DNA of 63,130 nucleotides, the filler included, from Dugesia japonica (taxonomy: Eukaryota), in assembly GCA_001938525.1 (NCBI GenBank). It is 5 parts of 5 records of this genome, joined end to end, with 100 filler letters (N's around TTAATTAATTAA, not from the genome) between each part and the next. Parts side by side here need not be neighbours in the genome. Positions count along the whole stretch, not along the records: positions 18,506 to 27,248 come from MQRL01648524.1; positions 27,349 to 38,781 come from MQRL01591889.1; positions 38,882 to 50,588 come from MQRL01640699.1; 2 more parts are not named here. One strand, given 5' to 3'. Below the pieces are notes generated by a model. The model was not told where the DNA came from. It saw only the letters and a list, made by a program, of their open reading frames with translations, and made no database searches. How positions within the stretch are numbered: the stretch's first letter is position 1; each line of letters starts with the position of its first letter. Shown piece by piece: positions 26,534-40,863 of this stretch. The translations under genes were made by a program, and so were the position numbers.

Positions 26534-28347
26534 TACTACCTCTTCCTTTACTTTTCTGTTTTCAGACCCTCATACCAGCACCTTAGCAACTAACTTCTCC
26601 TTTGTGAAATCTTTATTCTTAAATATTCCGTCCACCATAGATTATACCGTCTTGATATATACATCATTGTCCATATTATCCCGTTTCAAATTTACCAAGT
26701 TCTGTAACTCGTGAATAATATCTTTTTCTTTTTCGAAGGCCAATCTCAAACGTGCTGAAAGCCATCTGTTTTCTTCGCTGTCTTAACATAATCTTCTACC
26801 AAATATCTCATCGAGAAGGCATAAAACCAATCTTTCTTGTTCTTTTTTTTTGAAAAATTCCTTTCGTATCGAAAAATAATTCGCATATTTTAATAAATTT
26901 TTCAAAGTCATTGTCTTTGTCATATATCTTAAGTATTAATCGCTCGGTAATGGAGTCAGTGTTTACCGCTGCCACCATGTGAGGCATACAAACCTCCAGA
27001 TTTGCTAAATTTGAATCTAGCATAACAACTAAAATTATTTATCAAAGTTTTATTAACTTCAATTAAATTTACAACCTTTCTAAAAAATGTTACCGAATAA
27101 AATTTACAATTTAATAAAACTTAACACAGTTACAAGTAATTACAACAATTAACAAATTACAATAATTTCTTACAATTGATCTGCAACTCTTAATTACCCT
27201 AAAAATTGTTATTTAAAATTAACACTTTTTTATATATTTTTTGGAATANNNNNNNNNNNNNNNNNNNNNNNNNNNNNNNNNNNNNNNNNNNNTTAATTAA
27301 TTAANNNNNNNNNNNNNNNNNNNNNNNNNNNNNNNNNNNNNNNNNNNNTTATTGAAACTATGAAAATGAGAAATATATTTTAAAATGTTAAGATGAATTT
27401 TCACCATGACCAAATTGTGAAAATTAATTCAGTTTTATAATTGATATTTAGAATATTAATGAAATAGTATTTTCATGAAAATTTCTCATTTTCATAAATA
27501 AATAATTTTTTATTTAAGTTACTAAATTAATATTACAAATCATATAAATATTTCAATTTTATAAATTCAAATGAAAGTAATAAATTCTATAAAATTTCTT
27601 AAAATTAAAATAAAATTATTTTTAAAAATTTAATTTAATTTTCAATGGAATAATTTTTGAAATTTAACATTTAAAATAAATTATTCATTGCGATATTTTA
27701 AAATAATATCGACTAAATGACGAAAGAAATGAATTAATTTTATTGATATATTTAAAATATCATTAAATTTTAATTTTATCTGTAACTGATAAACATTTAA
27801 CAAATTCATAAATCTTAAATTTTAGAAAATACCTGGAAAATTCTCTGGGTAAAAGTAAAAATTTTAATTCCGGTGATAAATAAGTAAACTGCCAAATATT
27901 TTCTTATTTAATATATTATATTTAATATCTTTAGGAAACATTCTATTTATGAAATATTAATATTTGATAATTTTAACACAACAGTTTTTAACATACTTTT
28001 TAATTATATAAGTCAATATGATTTATTCATTTATACAAAAAAATAATTAACTTATATTAGAATTAATATAAAAACATAAAACTGCACTAATTTGTCATTT
28101 ATTTATCATTTATATCAATATTAAAACCTATTATAATTTTTTTATTTTCCAAATAAAATGAAAGTTATAAATTAAAAGTTCTTTACGTTTGTAAATAAGA
28201 GATTACAGGCATCAGAGTCACGATAATTCTATTGTTAAAATTTGTATTAAATTTTTAATAATAAATGATATGTATGTTAATAATGCAGTACATGTAAAAT
28301 AAAACTTATTAATACAGTTTGAAATAAAATTTAGCATAATGTCAGAG

Positions 28348-31300
28348 TGTTATATAGAATACAGATAAATCCGAAGTTTTATTAATAATCAAAATCTGAG
28401 CTCTTTATTCACAATATTTAAACAACAACTAATTCGATAATTAATTGTTTTACATATATTCAATTTTAATTATAATAAATGAATAAATTACATTCCCTTA
28501 CTCAATGACTAATTGTATTTTGGATTTGGATTTCTAGTAGAGCAAGTTGGATGTCTTTTCTTACTGACTTGTTTATTTGTTCCTTTCCTGCTCTGATTAC
28601 TTGTACTTTGATATGTTGTCGTTTTGTCATTCTTGTCGACTAACGGAATGTGTTTGATCTGATTATAATTTCTCTATATTACTTAATGACATTTTTCATT
28701 TTTTAAGAGATAAGTCCATTCGTTTTTAATTGAAATATTAATAAAGGGTCCGATAAATCTTTGACCAAATACTTCCCTGTGTTCGTTTATCACTATTATC
28801 CGATCTCCCACTTTTAGTTTCTTATTCCATCTTGTTATATCATACTTTTCTGCTTTTCTATGGTTCATTGTTTCCACATTCTTTTTAACTTTAACTGATC
28901 ATAACGTTTTGTCTCAGCATCATTGTTTTTAGAAATATCGCAAAATTGTAGCCTTGATTAACGAACGAATATAATTTCATACGGGGAATACTTTGTTATT
29001 TTACGAGCAGTGATTCTCTATCGGTAAAACTTTGCTCAAATTCTTTAAATTCCGGTTCTCCTTTACTGCCTTTATCATGAATTTAACGGTTCGGAATGCC
29101 ATCTCTATCAAACCGTCTGATTGCTAATAATAAAATGAAGTAAATTATTTTTATATTCCTAATAAAGTACACAATTGTCTAAACATATAAGATGTAAAAT
29201 TCATTCCACAATCAGAGTGAATTTACTTCGGTATTTCTAATTTTGCAAACCAATGTAGGTCTTCAATATTTTTTTACGAATTTATTTGTTTTAACAGTAT
29301 AAGGCAAACATATTTTGAGAAATAATCATCACTGCGAGAATATGCATAAACTCATCAGTAGTTGAATTATACGGTTCACTTATATCTATTCCTATCATTT
29401 CGAAAGGTTCATTAGCGACTAATTCCGTAGCGGAGTTCTAATTCGGCCGTTTAAGTATTTATTTCTTTGGCAATATTCACATTTCCCAATGTAGTTCTTA
29501 ATGTGGCTGTCATATATGGCCAAAAGTAATCAAACGTAAAAACTTCTGTACATTTTTCTATTCCAATATGACAGACCCAAATGAAATTGATGTTTTATTT
29601 CTTCTCTTTTAGATGATTGAATAATTATGCGATATCAATCCCCTTTATAAAAATAAAGAGTATTTCATTTAAGTTGTAATTCTAAACTTAATTTGCAGAA
29701 TTTTAATCATTCAACGTTATCGATTATTTCACTCGCCGTGTTCTTCCACATTTCTGCCTTCCTTCATTAATTTAGTAATTAAGCTGAACTCGTCCTTTGG
29801 TATCTCCTTGTGTATCACGCTAAATAACCCTTTTTCAGCATCGTTGGATAAAGTCAATTCTGAGTTTTGTTTTGCAGTATTTATCAAATAGTCATTATAA
29901 ACTTTAGTGTTGGAGTTTTCTTTTGGGATCAGAATGTTTCATTGCGCATTGTTCACAAGGGGGCAATTGTTTTAATGCATCTGCATTGACATGATCTTTG
30001 CTCATTCTTAAAACTACCTTTATGTCATAAACTTCAAATCATGCCCGACCAACACAATATTGGGATGTATTTGGATTATTCCAATTCAACAACCATTTTA
30101 ATGTTTTATGATCCGTACGAACAGTAAATTTCTGTAAATGTGTAAATACAGAATAGATCTTTTCTGGTGATACAATATTGACGTTGGCACTTTGTTAATA
30201 ATTTACTAGCATAAGCAATTACTTTTTCTTCATTATTTTATAACTGAGATAAAACGGCTCTTATAGAGTCGTGAGAAGCATCTGTATATACTCACCATTG
30301 TCTCGAGGTAAACATAACGTCAGTGCTGAAATCAATTCGTGATGTAATTCAAAAAAAGTACTTATATTTATTCTGATCATTCAATCATCCTTTCATTTTG
30401 CAACATCAAAGATAACTCAGCAGACAATGCCACGTAATTCCTGATACATTTCCTGTAATAATTACAGAATCTCAGGAATGTCTGTAGCTCCTTTTTACAA
30501 GACGGTATTTCCCATTTTCTCATACTTTCAATTTTTTCTCGATCTGTTTGAATTCCATCCTTATTAATAATATGTCCTAAATATTTTACTTTTGTCTGAA
30601 GAAATTGGTAATTATCTGATGAAATTTGCAAGTTTGCTTCTTTTAATCGCATCAGTACACTGTTTAATCGTTCATTATGTTCTTCAATCGTCATGCCAAA
30701 AACAAGAATGTCATCCAAATAAAGTGAACACTTGATCCAATTTTCATTTCCTTGTACAATATTCATCAGTTTTTGAAAGGTGGCTTTGTGTCGAGCACAA
30801 TCCGATAGGCATTCTGTTGAACTCAAATTGATCATATCTTGTGCTAAAATCAGTTTTCTGAATATCTTCTTCTTTTATTGAGACTTCGTAATAACTACTT
30901 GGCAAATCTAGACTTGTAAAATATATTGAATCAGAAACGTTATCAAATAATTCATCTGCAGATGAAATGGAAAAAATTGGTCGAAATTTTTTTAATTTAA
31001 AGACAACGCATATCTTAATATTTCCATTATTTTTTCTAACAATCACAAGTGAAAAACTCCATGGAGACGAACTTTCTCTAATAATATCGTTTTCTTAAAG
31101 TTCATTAATCATTTTCTCAACTTCATTTCCTAAACTATTTGGCATTCTTCGAAGTTTAAATGCTATGGGAACATCATTCGCCGTTTCTATATCATCTTGG
31201 TGGTATTTATTCTGCCAATATCTATTTTATGTTTACTAAAAACATCTATATTATCACATAATATTCTCATTTGTGCCATAATTGCTGATTNNNNNNNNNN

Positions 31301-32200
31301 NNNNNNNNNNNNNNNNNNNNNNNNNNNNNNNNNNNNNNNNNNNNNNNNNNNNNNNNNNNNNNNNNNNNNNNNNNNNNNNNNNNNTCTGGTTATATTTTCT
31401 TTCAATTGTTCCACACAATTTAAAGATGTTGCTGTATGCAAAGTTTTAGATCATTCATCAAGTAGATAGATTCCTACTGGAATATATCTAGAATAACTCT
31501 TCACTAAACTGTCACCTATTAATAAATCTCTCTCAGCTATTTTACTTTTGTCACCATAAAATTCACACTCTGATCATACATATCATGCTACTACCACTTC
31601 ATCAACCTTTCTATTTTGAGCCACTCCACTAGGTCTACCCATATCTAGACTCAATAATATGGTTTGTATTAGTTTAAAGATGCAGGAACCACTGTTTTTG
31701 ATAAAAATGGAAACATAACATCTTGAATCAATATGCTATCTTTTCAAGGTAACACACCGATATTATATTTCTTCATATTTCACAATCCTATGTACAAGTG
31801 TAGAAATACATTAGGCATAATATCGAATACATGTCTTTTTACAATTGGTTCAATGTTTACATTTAGAATTAGTTTTCCCAAACAATTTACTGAGTTTCCA
31901 TTCGCACAAATCAGTTTTTGTGAAAAGGTAGACAACACTCTAGTTGTCGACCTTTAAATTTGCAGATCACGATTTTGTTTTACTAATCAAATTGCTAGTG
32001 TTTCGCTGATTATGTTGAGATCAGCCCCAGTATCAAATATTATTCGAATTTTCTCTCCTTTTGGTTGACATGCAACAATGGGTGTATTTCTTGCTCGTTC
32101 CGTTCTTGACGTTGAAATCAAAGTAGTATCATATTTTCTAATTATTGCTTTGCGCTTTGCGTAGTGTCCATTAATATAACTTACATAATTATCCAATAAA
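28348..32200 (-). mobile_element. Second, heavily degraded Ty3/Gypsy element
   Basis: Protease IIFDTGADLNII, RT YLDDILVFG, FCNYYRK, RNase H TDAS and VRTDHK, integrase IHSDCG and FIGPF; purine tract beside a possible LTR end at 28492. Boundaries approximate. Confidence 0.85.
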
Positions 32201-34177
32201 TTTTTCTTTTCTGCAAAACCTGCTATAATCGTTTTTGTTCTATTTGATGACTATGCATGTTCCATCGCGTATTTTCCTGATAAATTATCTTGTAAATAAT
32301 CTGAAATTTCTTTCAGCCATTTTACTTTTGTTACCATAAAATACACACTAACCATACATAACAAGCTACTACCACTTTATAAACATATAAGTTGATCACC
32401 ACTATTGGATATTAAATTTTTTAAAGAATTTTTTCTTTATAGATAAACTCTTCAATTAAAAAATAATTGTAAATCTTTCTGATATTAAAATTAAAACAAA
32501 ACGAAGATCTTCGTAAATATATATTGGATAATGAAATAGACGGAATTTTGTTCAAATTCGACTATTTTCAACATTCAAGTTTGTTGCTGTCAAAAATCGG
32601 TAGTCATTTTGTAATCAAAAGAGTAAAAATAACCAAGATCAAAATAATTAAAAATAAAATTATATTTAATTTTAATATTATTTAAAAATTAATTTTAAAT
32701 CGTAATAATTTGTTAAATAAATCGTATAATTTATTTTATAATATTTTTTTATGTGAATATCGTTTGTTTGTCTAATTATGGAAGAAAGTTTGAAATTGTT
32801 TTCCCATTTTGAACAAAATTATATCAATTCCAATTTTAAATTCAATTTTTGAATTATAAAAAATTTGAAAAGAAGAAATATTTTATCAAAAAATTGGCAC
32901 ATATCAATTGAAAAATAATGTTTTACTCAAAACGAATAAAAAATATATTATTATTGATATAAAATATATTTGGGTCATTCTTTCCACATAGAAATTACAT
33001 TTAGAACATACATATTCCGAAAATACTTGTTTAACGATTAATTTATAATAATTAAAATTATTAATTATTTATCAATAATTAATAAATAAATAATTATTAA
33101 TTAATTAATAGTTAAAATTAATTAATTAATTAATTATTAATTAAGAAAATAAAAGTATTTCTTAATTATAAATTTAAACAACTCATTCTCATTGCTTTAA
33201 TAATTACTTGTTTTAATAAATAATTGTTTTAATAATTGATTGTTTTAATAATTGATTGATATGTATTAAAAGCAGTTTTGTCAAAGTGTCGGTAAAGTTA
33301 AATTCTTTAAAGGGAAAAATATCATGTTCTAAGGTTTGGATAACTCTAATAATAGTATGGTAAAGAAAAAATAAGCGAGAACAGAAATATTACCCCTTTT
33401 AATTATTTTTAAAATATTTTTCATTTATGGATATTACGTATCTTTTTTTCTATTAAATTTCAGATAAATGACGACTGTGTCATTGATAAGATATTTTAAG
33501 GTACACTTATACTCTAATTTTTCAAAAGGCTACATCAGATTGTAATAAAAGTTATAATAACAAATAATATGATCACAATTAATGAACAATTTACATTTAT
33601 CAAACAGATCTCTTACGATATTACATCTTATTTGCATGATTTAAACATTTTGTTAAAGAAAAGTACGTTTAAATTGCAAATTTAAACAACTCTATCTATT
33701 TGTTTTAATGCAAAACTATAAATTTAATATAACGCAAAATTTTAATTCCGAAAAAAAAGTTATAAAGCATAAACACTTTAATTTTCACTGAGTCATAAAA
33801 TTACTACTTTATCGAAAAAAATCATAACAGATAGCTTGGTAGTATACATGCAAGAATAGCAGATTTTAACTAGATAAATAAAAGACAAATAAGAATTTTG
33901 AATAAAATCTCTCAAGTTTCACTGGCACCTCAATTTTAAGAGTTATTTTTGAACATTTTTTATTTAAAAAAGAACTATGAAAAATATAGCAATAAAATAA
34001 TTGTAATAAATGTTTGCCTATTAATTGATAAAAGAATCATGAAAATCGACAAAAGNNNNNNNNNNNNNNNNNNNNNNNNNNNNNNNNNNNNNNNNNNNNN
34101 NNNNNNNNNNNNNNNNNNNNNNNNNNNNNNNNNNNNNNNNNNNNNNNNNNNNNNNNNNNNNNNNNNNNNNNNNNNNN

Positions 34178-34245
<68 letters not shown>

Positions 34246-34292
34246 GAAAATCCAAATCAAGACAATTTTAGTTAGAGTCTAAAATCCTTTAC

Positions 34293-34504
34293 TTGTATGC
34301 AGCAGTATAGTTTGATTTCCATAATTTACTGGCATTAGGATAAAGAAGAAATCTTTCTTGTGTTATTCGAAAAGTTTTCGAACCGGTGCGAGAGAGTGTT
34401 ACCAGAGGAAAATTCATTTGATTAAGCCATGTTGACATAACACTTTGTAATCTGGTAACAGGGTTTTTATTATCAATTTCACTCCTATTACTTTGAGAAT
34501 ATGC
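34293..34504 (-). CDS. M1 aminopeptidase (APN/ERAP/ENPEP-like) internal exon
   Basis: ag|AYSQ...VMSTWLNQMNFPLVTLSR...ITQERFLLYP...|gt; open frame, in phase with exon 37545-37676. Confidence 0.85.
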
Positions 34505-34901
34505 CTATGTGAAAATAATTTTCTTAATTATATATAATTAAATATTTAAAAAATAAATATTAATTTCAATTTAGTAAATACTTGCAAAAAATGTTGAGCC
34601 ATTTCTTTTTTAAATGATTTTTATAGGCACATTTATTTCAACTAAAATTTATTTTCTAAACAATTAAATTAACGACATGAGTTTTCATTGTTTGAATTTA
34701 TCATTAATAAATGTATAAAAGAACAAAAATTTAAAAATATGAAATATTTAGTCACTGATTTATTTCATAAATGATGAATTTAATAATTTCTGTTTTAATC
34801 AGATAAAAAAATGCAAATTCACAATTAATATGAGATATATTCCGTATAATGTTAGGTAGCCATATATTAAATAGGTAACTGACACTTTTCTACTGAATTC
34901 A

Positions 34902-35088
34902 ATATCATTACATTTGTCATTTGATCAATATTTCACTATTCTAAAACAAACCAATATATTTTTCTAGTTAACCAAATAAATAATATTCTTATATTATATA
35001 AGATAATTATTTATTTGGTTAATTAGAAAATTCTATTGGTTTGTTTTAGAATATTGAAATATTGATCAAATGACAAATATAATGATAT
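34902..35088. repeat. Long near-perfect palindrome (foldback/MITE-like) in the aminopeptidase intron
   Basis: ATTTGTCATTTGATCAATATTTCA...TGAAATATTGATCAAATGACAAAT; arms about 90 bp with a tiny loop. Confidence 0.85.
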
Positions 35089-35279
35089 ATAAGTTATATT
35101 TTAATTACTTTCAATATTTTGTCGAAAATTTTCTGATTATAAGAAATAATCGTTTTCGTTTTTTTATATTAATCTTTATTTTTATCAACAGTATTTATTT
35201 TTTTGAATTAAAATTTAAATTAGTTTTTTAAATTTTTTGAATCAAAATTTAAATTGATAAGTATTATGGAATTAACTTC

Positions 35280-35420
35280 GAAACATCCCAATCATATTCT
35301 GGTTATGGACAATGCAGTTTTTCATAAGTCGCCTTTGGCGGTAAATACATTAAGAGAAAAAAATATTCTTTTAAGTATCTCGTACTATACTCACATATAA
35401 AAACCAATTTAGTAATTTTT
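35280..35420 (+). mobile_element. Tc1/IS630-type transposase remnant
   Basis: ILVMDNAVFHKS...YS...PI. Confidence 0.6.
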
Positions 35421-35956
35421 CGCAAATCAAACTTTATTGGGATGCAGACCAGGATGCAAACAGGAAAAGCAATATTGAAAATTGTCTTGCTAGTCTTTTA
35501 AAAACAACCAATTATTATACTGAGCAATCTTGTTTCTAATTTTAATTATAAATGTGTGTAAGCGTGTGTGTGTAAAATTGCAATACCCTATATATTTAAA
35601 TGGTTTTATTCTTTTTCTTACTTTATCCATAATTATTATTTACCATAAATCTAAAGAGTTTCTATTAGTAAATGACACTTTCGACGTAATTTTTAATTAA
35701 AATTTTTCATTTAAACAATCTTAAACAATGTACCTTAAAAAGTATTTTATCTGCTTTTGGCATGGAAAATTCCTTTCCAACAACTTTTTATATTTTATTG
35801 AATATTTAAACAAAAACTTATTATAACGTTTCTAATATAAAATACATAAGCTGAAACAAAAACAATCAGCAATTCTTAGTAATTTTTATAATTTCTATAT
35901 TTAATAAAATTTTAATTTTACTCAAACCATTTACTTTTATATTAATATAATAAATA

Positions 35957-36590
35957 TAGGGATGCCCAGGAAAATTTACCGTTTTAAAGTAGATGTATAT
36001 GAATATCAATAGAAATAGAATTAACGTATTTTAAAATTATTATGCTAAATTAACAAATTATTAGATTTCATCATTCAAAAATAATTTTTGAAGATCATTT
36101 CTCGAATTTGGCAATTTTGAAACATCATTGCTCAAAGATATTTCGCTTATAACAAGCAAAAAATCGGCTATAAATATATGGACGAGTTTTGAGTTGGTAA
36201 ATGTGATTTCCTTTCGCACGACCTTCATATTTCTAAACACGAATCTGTCTAAAAGATTCATATCTGACGAGTATGTTGGTTGATGAAAAATCTTATTCTC
36301 ACGAAGGAAATTTTGAGTAACTTTCACAGTATGTAGTTTTGCATGATTCTGAAGTTTTCTTATCTATAAACAGCATGCAAATAATTAAGGCATTGGAAGT
36401 ATCGTTTTTTATGCACAAGAGTGCAATGTTCAACGACCCCAAAATAGTGTTCACCTCTGAAGTTAATTGCCACAATTATATGATATGATGAGACGCTGAT
36501 AAATCTCAGGTTTTTTCTATCGATTAGACGATCTCAAATTTAAAAATATATTACTTACATTTGTAACGTCATTTTTTTCTGGATACCCCT
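35957..36590 (-). mobile_element. Internally deleted Tc1/mariner element
   Basis: HQPTYSSDMNLLDRFVFRNMK; imperfect TIRs AGGGATGCCCAGGAAAA / AGGGGTATCCAGAAAA. Confidence 0.65.
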
Positions 36591-37099
36591 TTATTTACAA
36601 ACTTAATTACAATACCCGATAAAATTTACAAACTAATATTTAAAATAAATAAAATTTAAAAATAAACTTCTCAAAATCAATTTAAAAAGTTTACAGGCAT
36701 TAAATGTTTTACAGATTTAACTTTTTTATTATTTATTTATTTATTAGATATTAAATGAAATTATAATTGGCAGTCATACAACGCGACTAAAACAACATGT
36801 ATTTTCTTTATAAATTTTCTTATATTCTAATTACGATACATTTGTTTAATTTTATAAAAATTGATTTTAAAAATGTTTAGCATTTTTATTATTTTTCACG
36901 CGTTTCATATATTAGATATACAAGGTGGAGTTTTCTGAAGTAACTGTACAATCAAAACAGTTTTAGTCAAAATGATAAAATTTAGGAAATACCTTCTTAA
37001 ATCAAATGTACATAAAACATACATAAAACGTAGAGAATATTTAGAGTCAGTGTTTGAAATGTTGACAAAGTTTTCCAATGTATTCAACTGTTCAATGAA

Positions 37100-37260
37100 G
37101 GACAGAGTACCACACAAGTCCCTTGATTTTTATGCAAGAACTCACTGAAGTGAGTTGCTGACTGAATTTTTCAGCACACCATAAAGAAAAATTTCCAGAA
37201 GGGTAAAATCAGATGAACGAGTAGAATACTATATAGAAGTACAACGCCAAATGCCTCTGC
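37100..37260 (-). mobile_element. Tc1/mariner (rosa-like) transposase remnant
   Basis: TRSSDFTLLEIFLYGVLKNSV resembles PRSPDLTPLDFFLWGxLK. Confidence 0.45.
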
Positions 37261-37544
37261 GTGAGAAGTGCTCATCAAGGCAGTTGCTCACAACAGTGCT
37301 GTAATGGAAAGTGCACTGCCTTATTGGAACAACAATCAAGTAATCAACAGAGAGTTTAAAAATAGTCATCCGTTAACTTACCACAAGCATGCATTGACTG
37401 CTAGGTTATTTCTGATTCACACTGTATATTATAAAGCATTTACTTTAACATTTACATTATTAAATTTAAAGCCTAATTTTTAAAATCTCGTGCTAAGTGT
37501 TGAAATAAAACAAAAAACATAATAAATTACCATAACGTAATTAC

Positions 37545-37676
37545 CTCTGAAAATGCCGTCCATAAATTGTCACTAACTGCTGTTTGGTATCGATATCTCT
37601 GTAAATATATTTTCAATCCGACCTTTAGTGTTTCAAGTCCAAGAACTCCTTCTAACATTCTAACCAATGACGCTCC
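37545..37676 (-). CDS. M1 aminopeptidase internal exon
   Basis: ttag|GASLVRMLEGVLGLETLKVGLKIYLQRYRYQTAVSDNLWTAFSE|gtaatt, the segment that follows the catalytic YxK motif. Confidence 0.88.
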
Positions 37677-38158
37677 CTAAAATCATAATAATTAAATTTT
37701 ACGCAAATGCAATTATACTTTTCCATAGCTAATTTGATCAAAAATCGATTCAATCTCTTGAGGATCTTTAACTGGAGCTTGAATTGGATGACTATTAAGC
37801 AACGAATCAAAACTCAAAGCATCAGTAAATTGCTCCAAATAAAAATGACCAATCTAATCACAAATATTAAAAATAAACATAAAATTAGTATGTATTCATG
37901 AATAATAATTTTTCATCCTTAATCGTTATTAATTTATAATTTATATATTAATCAGTGCAATTCGATATTAAATTGAAAATTATTCAAGAAAACTATTACA
38001 AAAAAAAATAATAAAATATATCTGAATTGTTTTTACTTAAAATGAAAAGCAATTTTTCTTATAAAATATGTTTTCAAGTATTTTAATAATTTCAAAAAAT
38101 CAAAAAGCATTCATGATTTTAAATTCAAAAATTAATATTTTTTGCTATTTTAAAAAAT

Positions 38159-38290
38159 CAATTCCTGACGAAGACAAAATTGAAAATTAGATTTTTTATC
38201 AAAAACAAAAACTAAATTTGATTGAAGCTTTATTTTAATGAAATCTCAAAAACAATCAATGTTCACAATCAATAATTATTAATAATTGTA
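38159..38290 (+). repeat. Degenerate second copy of the hammerhead-containing repeat
   Basis: CAATTCCTGACGAAGACAA is identical to 14655-14673 and downstream sequence resembles both IR arms; stem II is broken. Confidence 0.6.
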
Positions 38291-38731
38291 ATAATTCGAT
38301 ATCTTGATATATTCTTTTTTACCGTGTAACAAATCGTACTAAGTAAATAGATTTAAATCTACCACGAAGCATAAGAAACTGATAACGTATCAATTTAAAT
38401 AGCGCAAGGAATAACCTTATTATGTTAAAATATTGGTAAAACAAAAATTTGAAAAATGCTTGGAAAACTAAAGGTATTGAAAAATCTATTCATAGTAACT
38501 TTAATTTCATTATAATAAGAAGTTCTAATTAATATTTGTTTTTAAATTGTTAATCGTTGATCTACTATATATCAAAATAAAATTTAAAAGATCAAAACCA
38601 TTGCTTTTTCAATTTTATTTTAATATTGTCTTCATAAACATCTTCTATTTATCTGATACTGAAGATTTTTAGCGAATAAGAAGTAAGCTAGGTCAGATTA
38701 TTAAGACTTATTACTATTATTATTATTATTA

Positions 38732-38781
<50 letters not shown>

Positions 38782-38881
38782 NNNNNNNNNNNNNNNNNNN
38801 NNNNNNNNNNNNNNNNNNNNNNNNNTTAATTAATTAANNNNNNNNNNNNNNNNNNNNNNNNNNNNNNNNNNNNNNNNNNNN

Positions 38882-39060
38882 TCAAAATATTCTTTCCACT
38901 GTCGTAAACCTTGGATAGAAAGAGTTGCCGCTAGGAAACCTTACGTGTTTCAACAAGATTCAGCTCCAGCACACCCGGCCAGAAAAACTCAAAAGTGGAT
39001 ATCAGAAAACTACTGAATTGTGGCCTCCAAACTTTCCTGATTTTAATTTGCTTGTGCGGT
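38882..39060 (+). mobile_element. Tc1/mariner (maT-like) transposase remnant
   Basis: PWIERVAARKPYVFQQDSAPAHPARKTQKWISEN...PDFN. Confidence 0.75.
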
Positions 39061-40807
39061 CGAAGCGATAACAAACATTATTATTATTATTATAATTATT
39101 ATAATTATTATGTTCACATTCAGTCTCAAAAGAACACCACCACAACAGTTTTTATCTAGGCTGTATTTGATTAAAAAAACAGCTACTCATCATAGCCAAA
39201 TTTGACTAGACGCAGATCCTCAAAATAGTCAAGAATTCCAACTCAACTTTTATCAATTCAATGCGTAACATTAAATACGCTATTTAATTAAATAACATCA
39301 TTAAGAAAAGCATTACTTATTATTATTANCATTAAATAAAAAATAAATCCTTACTTGTTATCATAGTTCATATAAAATTCACAATAGCTTTTATATTTTC
39401 AAAATATTGATCACAATTCTTAATAGGTTTTCATAACTCCAAGAATTTATATCATTAACTTCCACTTAATAACTTATACAATTATTATCTGAACATCAAG
39501 TTATTAACTGAAAATGTAATTAATAACTTTAAGAAAATCAAATTACTAACTTAAAAATTATTAGCTTAAAACAAAATCATTACCGTTTAATAAAAGTCAT
39601 CACCGAAGAATTATTAATATTTAATAAAACATTCTCATTAAATAAAAAATACATCCTTACTTGTTAAAAATTTACCATAAAAATTTAAGAATAAGTTTTC
39701 ANNNNNNNNNNNNNNNNNNNNNNNNNNNNNNNNNNNNNNNNNNNNNNNNNNNNNNNNNNNNATCAATCTAATATTAAAATTAAAACATAATAAATTTAAT
39801 ATACACTTACTAGAAAATTAAAATTTGAAATGTGTTGAAATAGTATCTACATCTTGCTTATATATTCAATCAATGCACAAACTATTTCATATGTATACAT
39901 ATTTTACTTAATATGGTAAAACAAAATATAATTTAATATAGTAATTAATTAAATAATTGTCAGCTATATTTTTAAATTTCAAATGGCTAAACAAACATTT
40001 ATTTAATATTAATTATAAATAGAAAAATTTGAAACTTATCGATTTTAAGCTAAAATATTTTAAAGCAAATGAATTTTAAACTTATGAACTTTATGCACAG
40101 AATTTAGTATGATGGAATGTAATTTTAGTGTTATACATTGTAATTTTAATGTGACAAACTATAATTTTAACGTACTGGTTTAGAAATCTTAAACGTCAAT
40201 TAATTTTTACATGTTGTTTATGAATTTTACAGGTTGGCTTAGAAATTTCATGTGAATGACTTACAGAAATGTGATAATAGTATTTGTATAATAGTATGAA
40301 ATTTGTAATGTAAATTTGAGAATTTGATGTATACCTATAAAATCTGTCTATATTTGTATAAAGCTTACATATTGATTAGTGTATATCCATTAGAATATAT
40401 ATGTTTTGATGATAAAATTTCTTATAACATCATTTAAAAATAAAATAAATTAGAAAACACTATTAAACACCTATAAAATTCATAAGAAATCCGATAATAC
40501 CCTATAAAATCTAATATGTTCATGTAAGCTCCTATAGAAACCCTATATATCATATAAAACACTATGAATCCTACAATACGATGTAAAAACCTTATAATGT
40601 GCTATAAAAATTCTAAAAAAGATGTAAATGCTATAAATACAATAAAAACCATCAAACCTTAAAAAATCTTAGAAAACTCTATAAAATCCCATAAAATACT
40701 AAAATTCTTTACTACAAGTCATTAAAAACTATAAAACAATTAAATCATGTACATAAATCTTAGCCTATTACATAATAAATTGCATAAATAATGTCTTGTT
40801 TCCTACT

Positions 40808-40863
40808 AAAGCACGTGTAAGGTGTTCCTAATTACGTAATTAGAAACATCTTACACGTACTTT
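40808..40863. repeat. Loopless palindrome
   Basis: AAAGCACGTGTAAGGTGTTCCTAATTAC|GTAATTAGAAACATCTTACACGTACTTT. Confidence 0.8.

Larger units (their letters stand above)
22929..27248 (-). mobile_element. Ty3/Gypsy LTR retrotransposon with two similar LTRs and an internal deletion
   Basis: LTRs 26978-27248+ and 22929-23220 (TGTGAGG...CCTCACA ends); PBS TGGTGGCAGCGGT (tRNA-Leu type) at 26965-26977; PPT 23221-23232; order gag, protease, RT, RNase H, integrase. Confidence 0.95.
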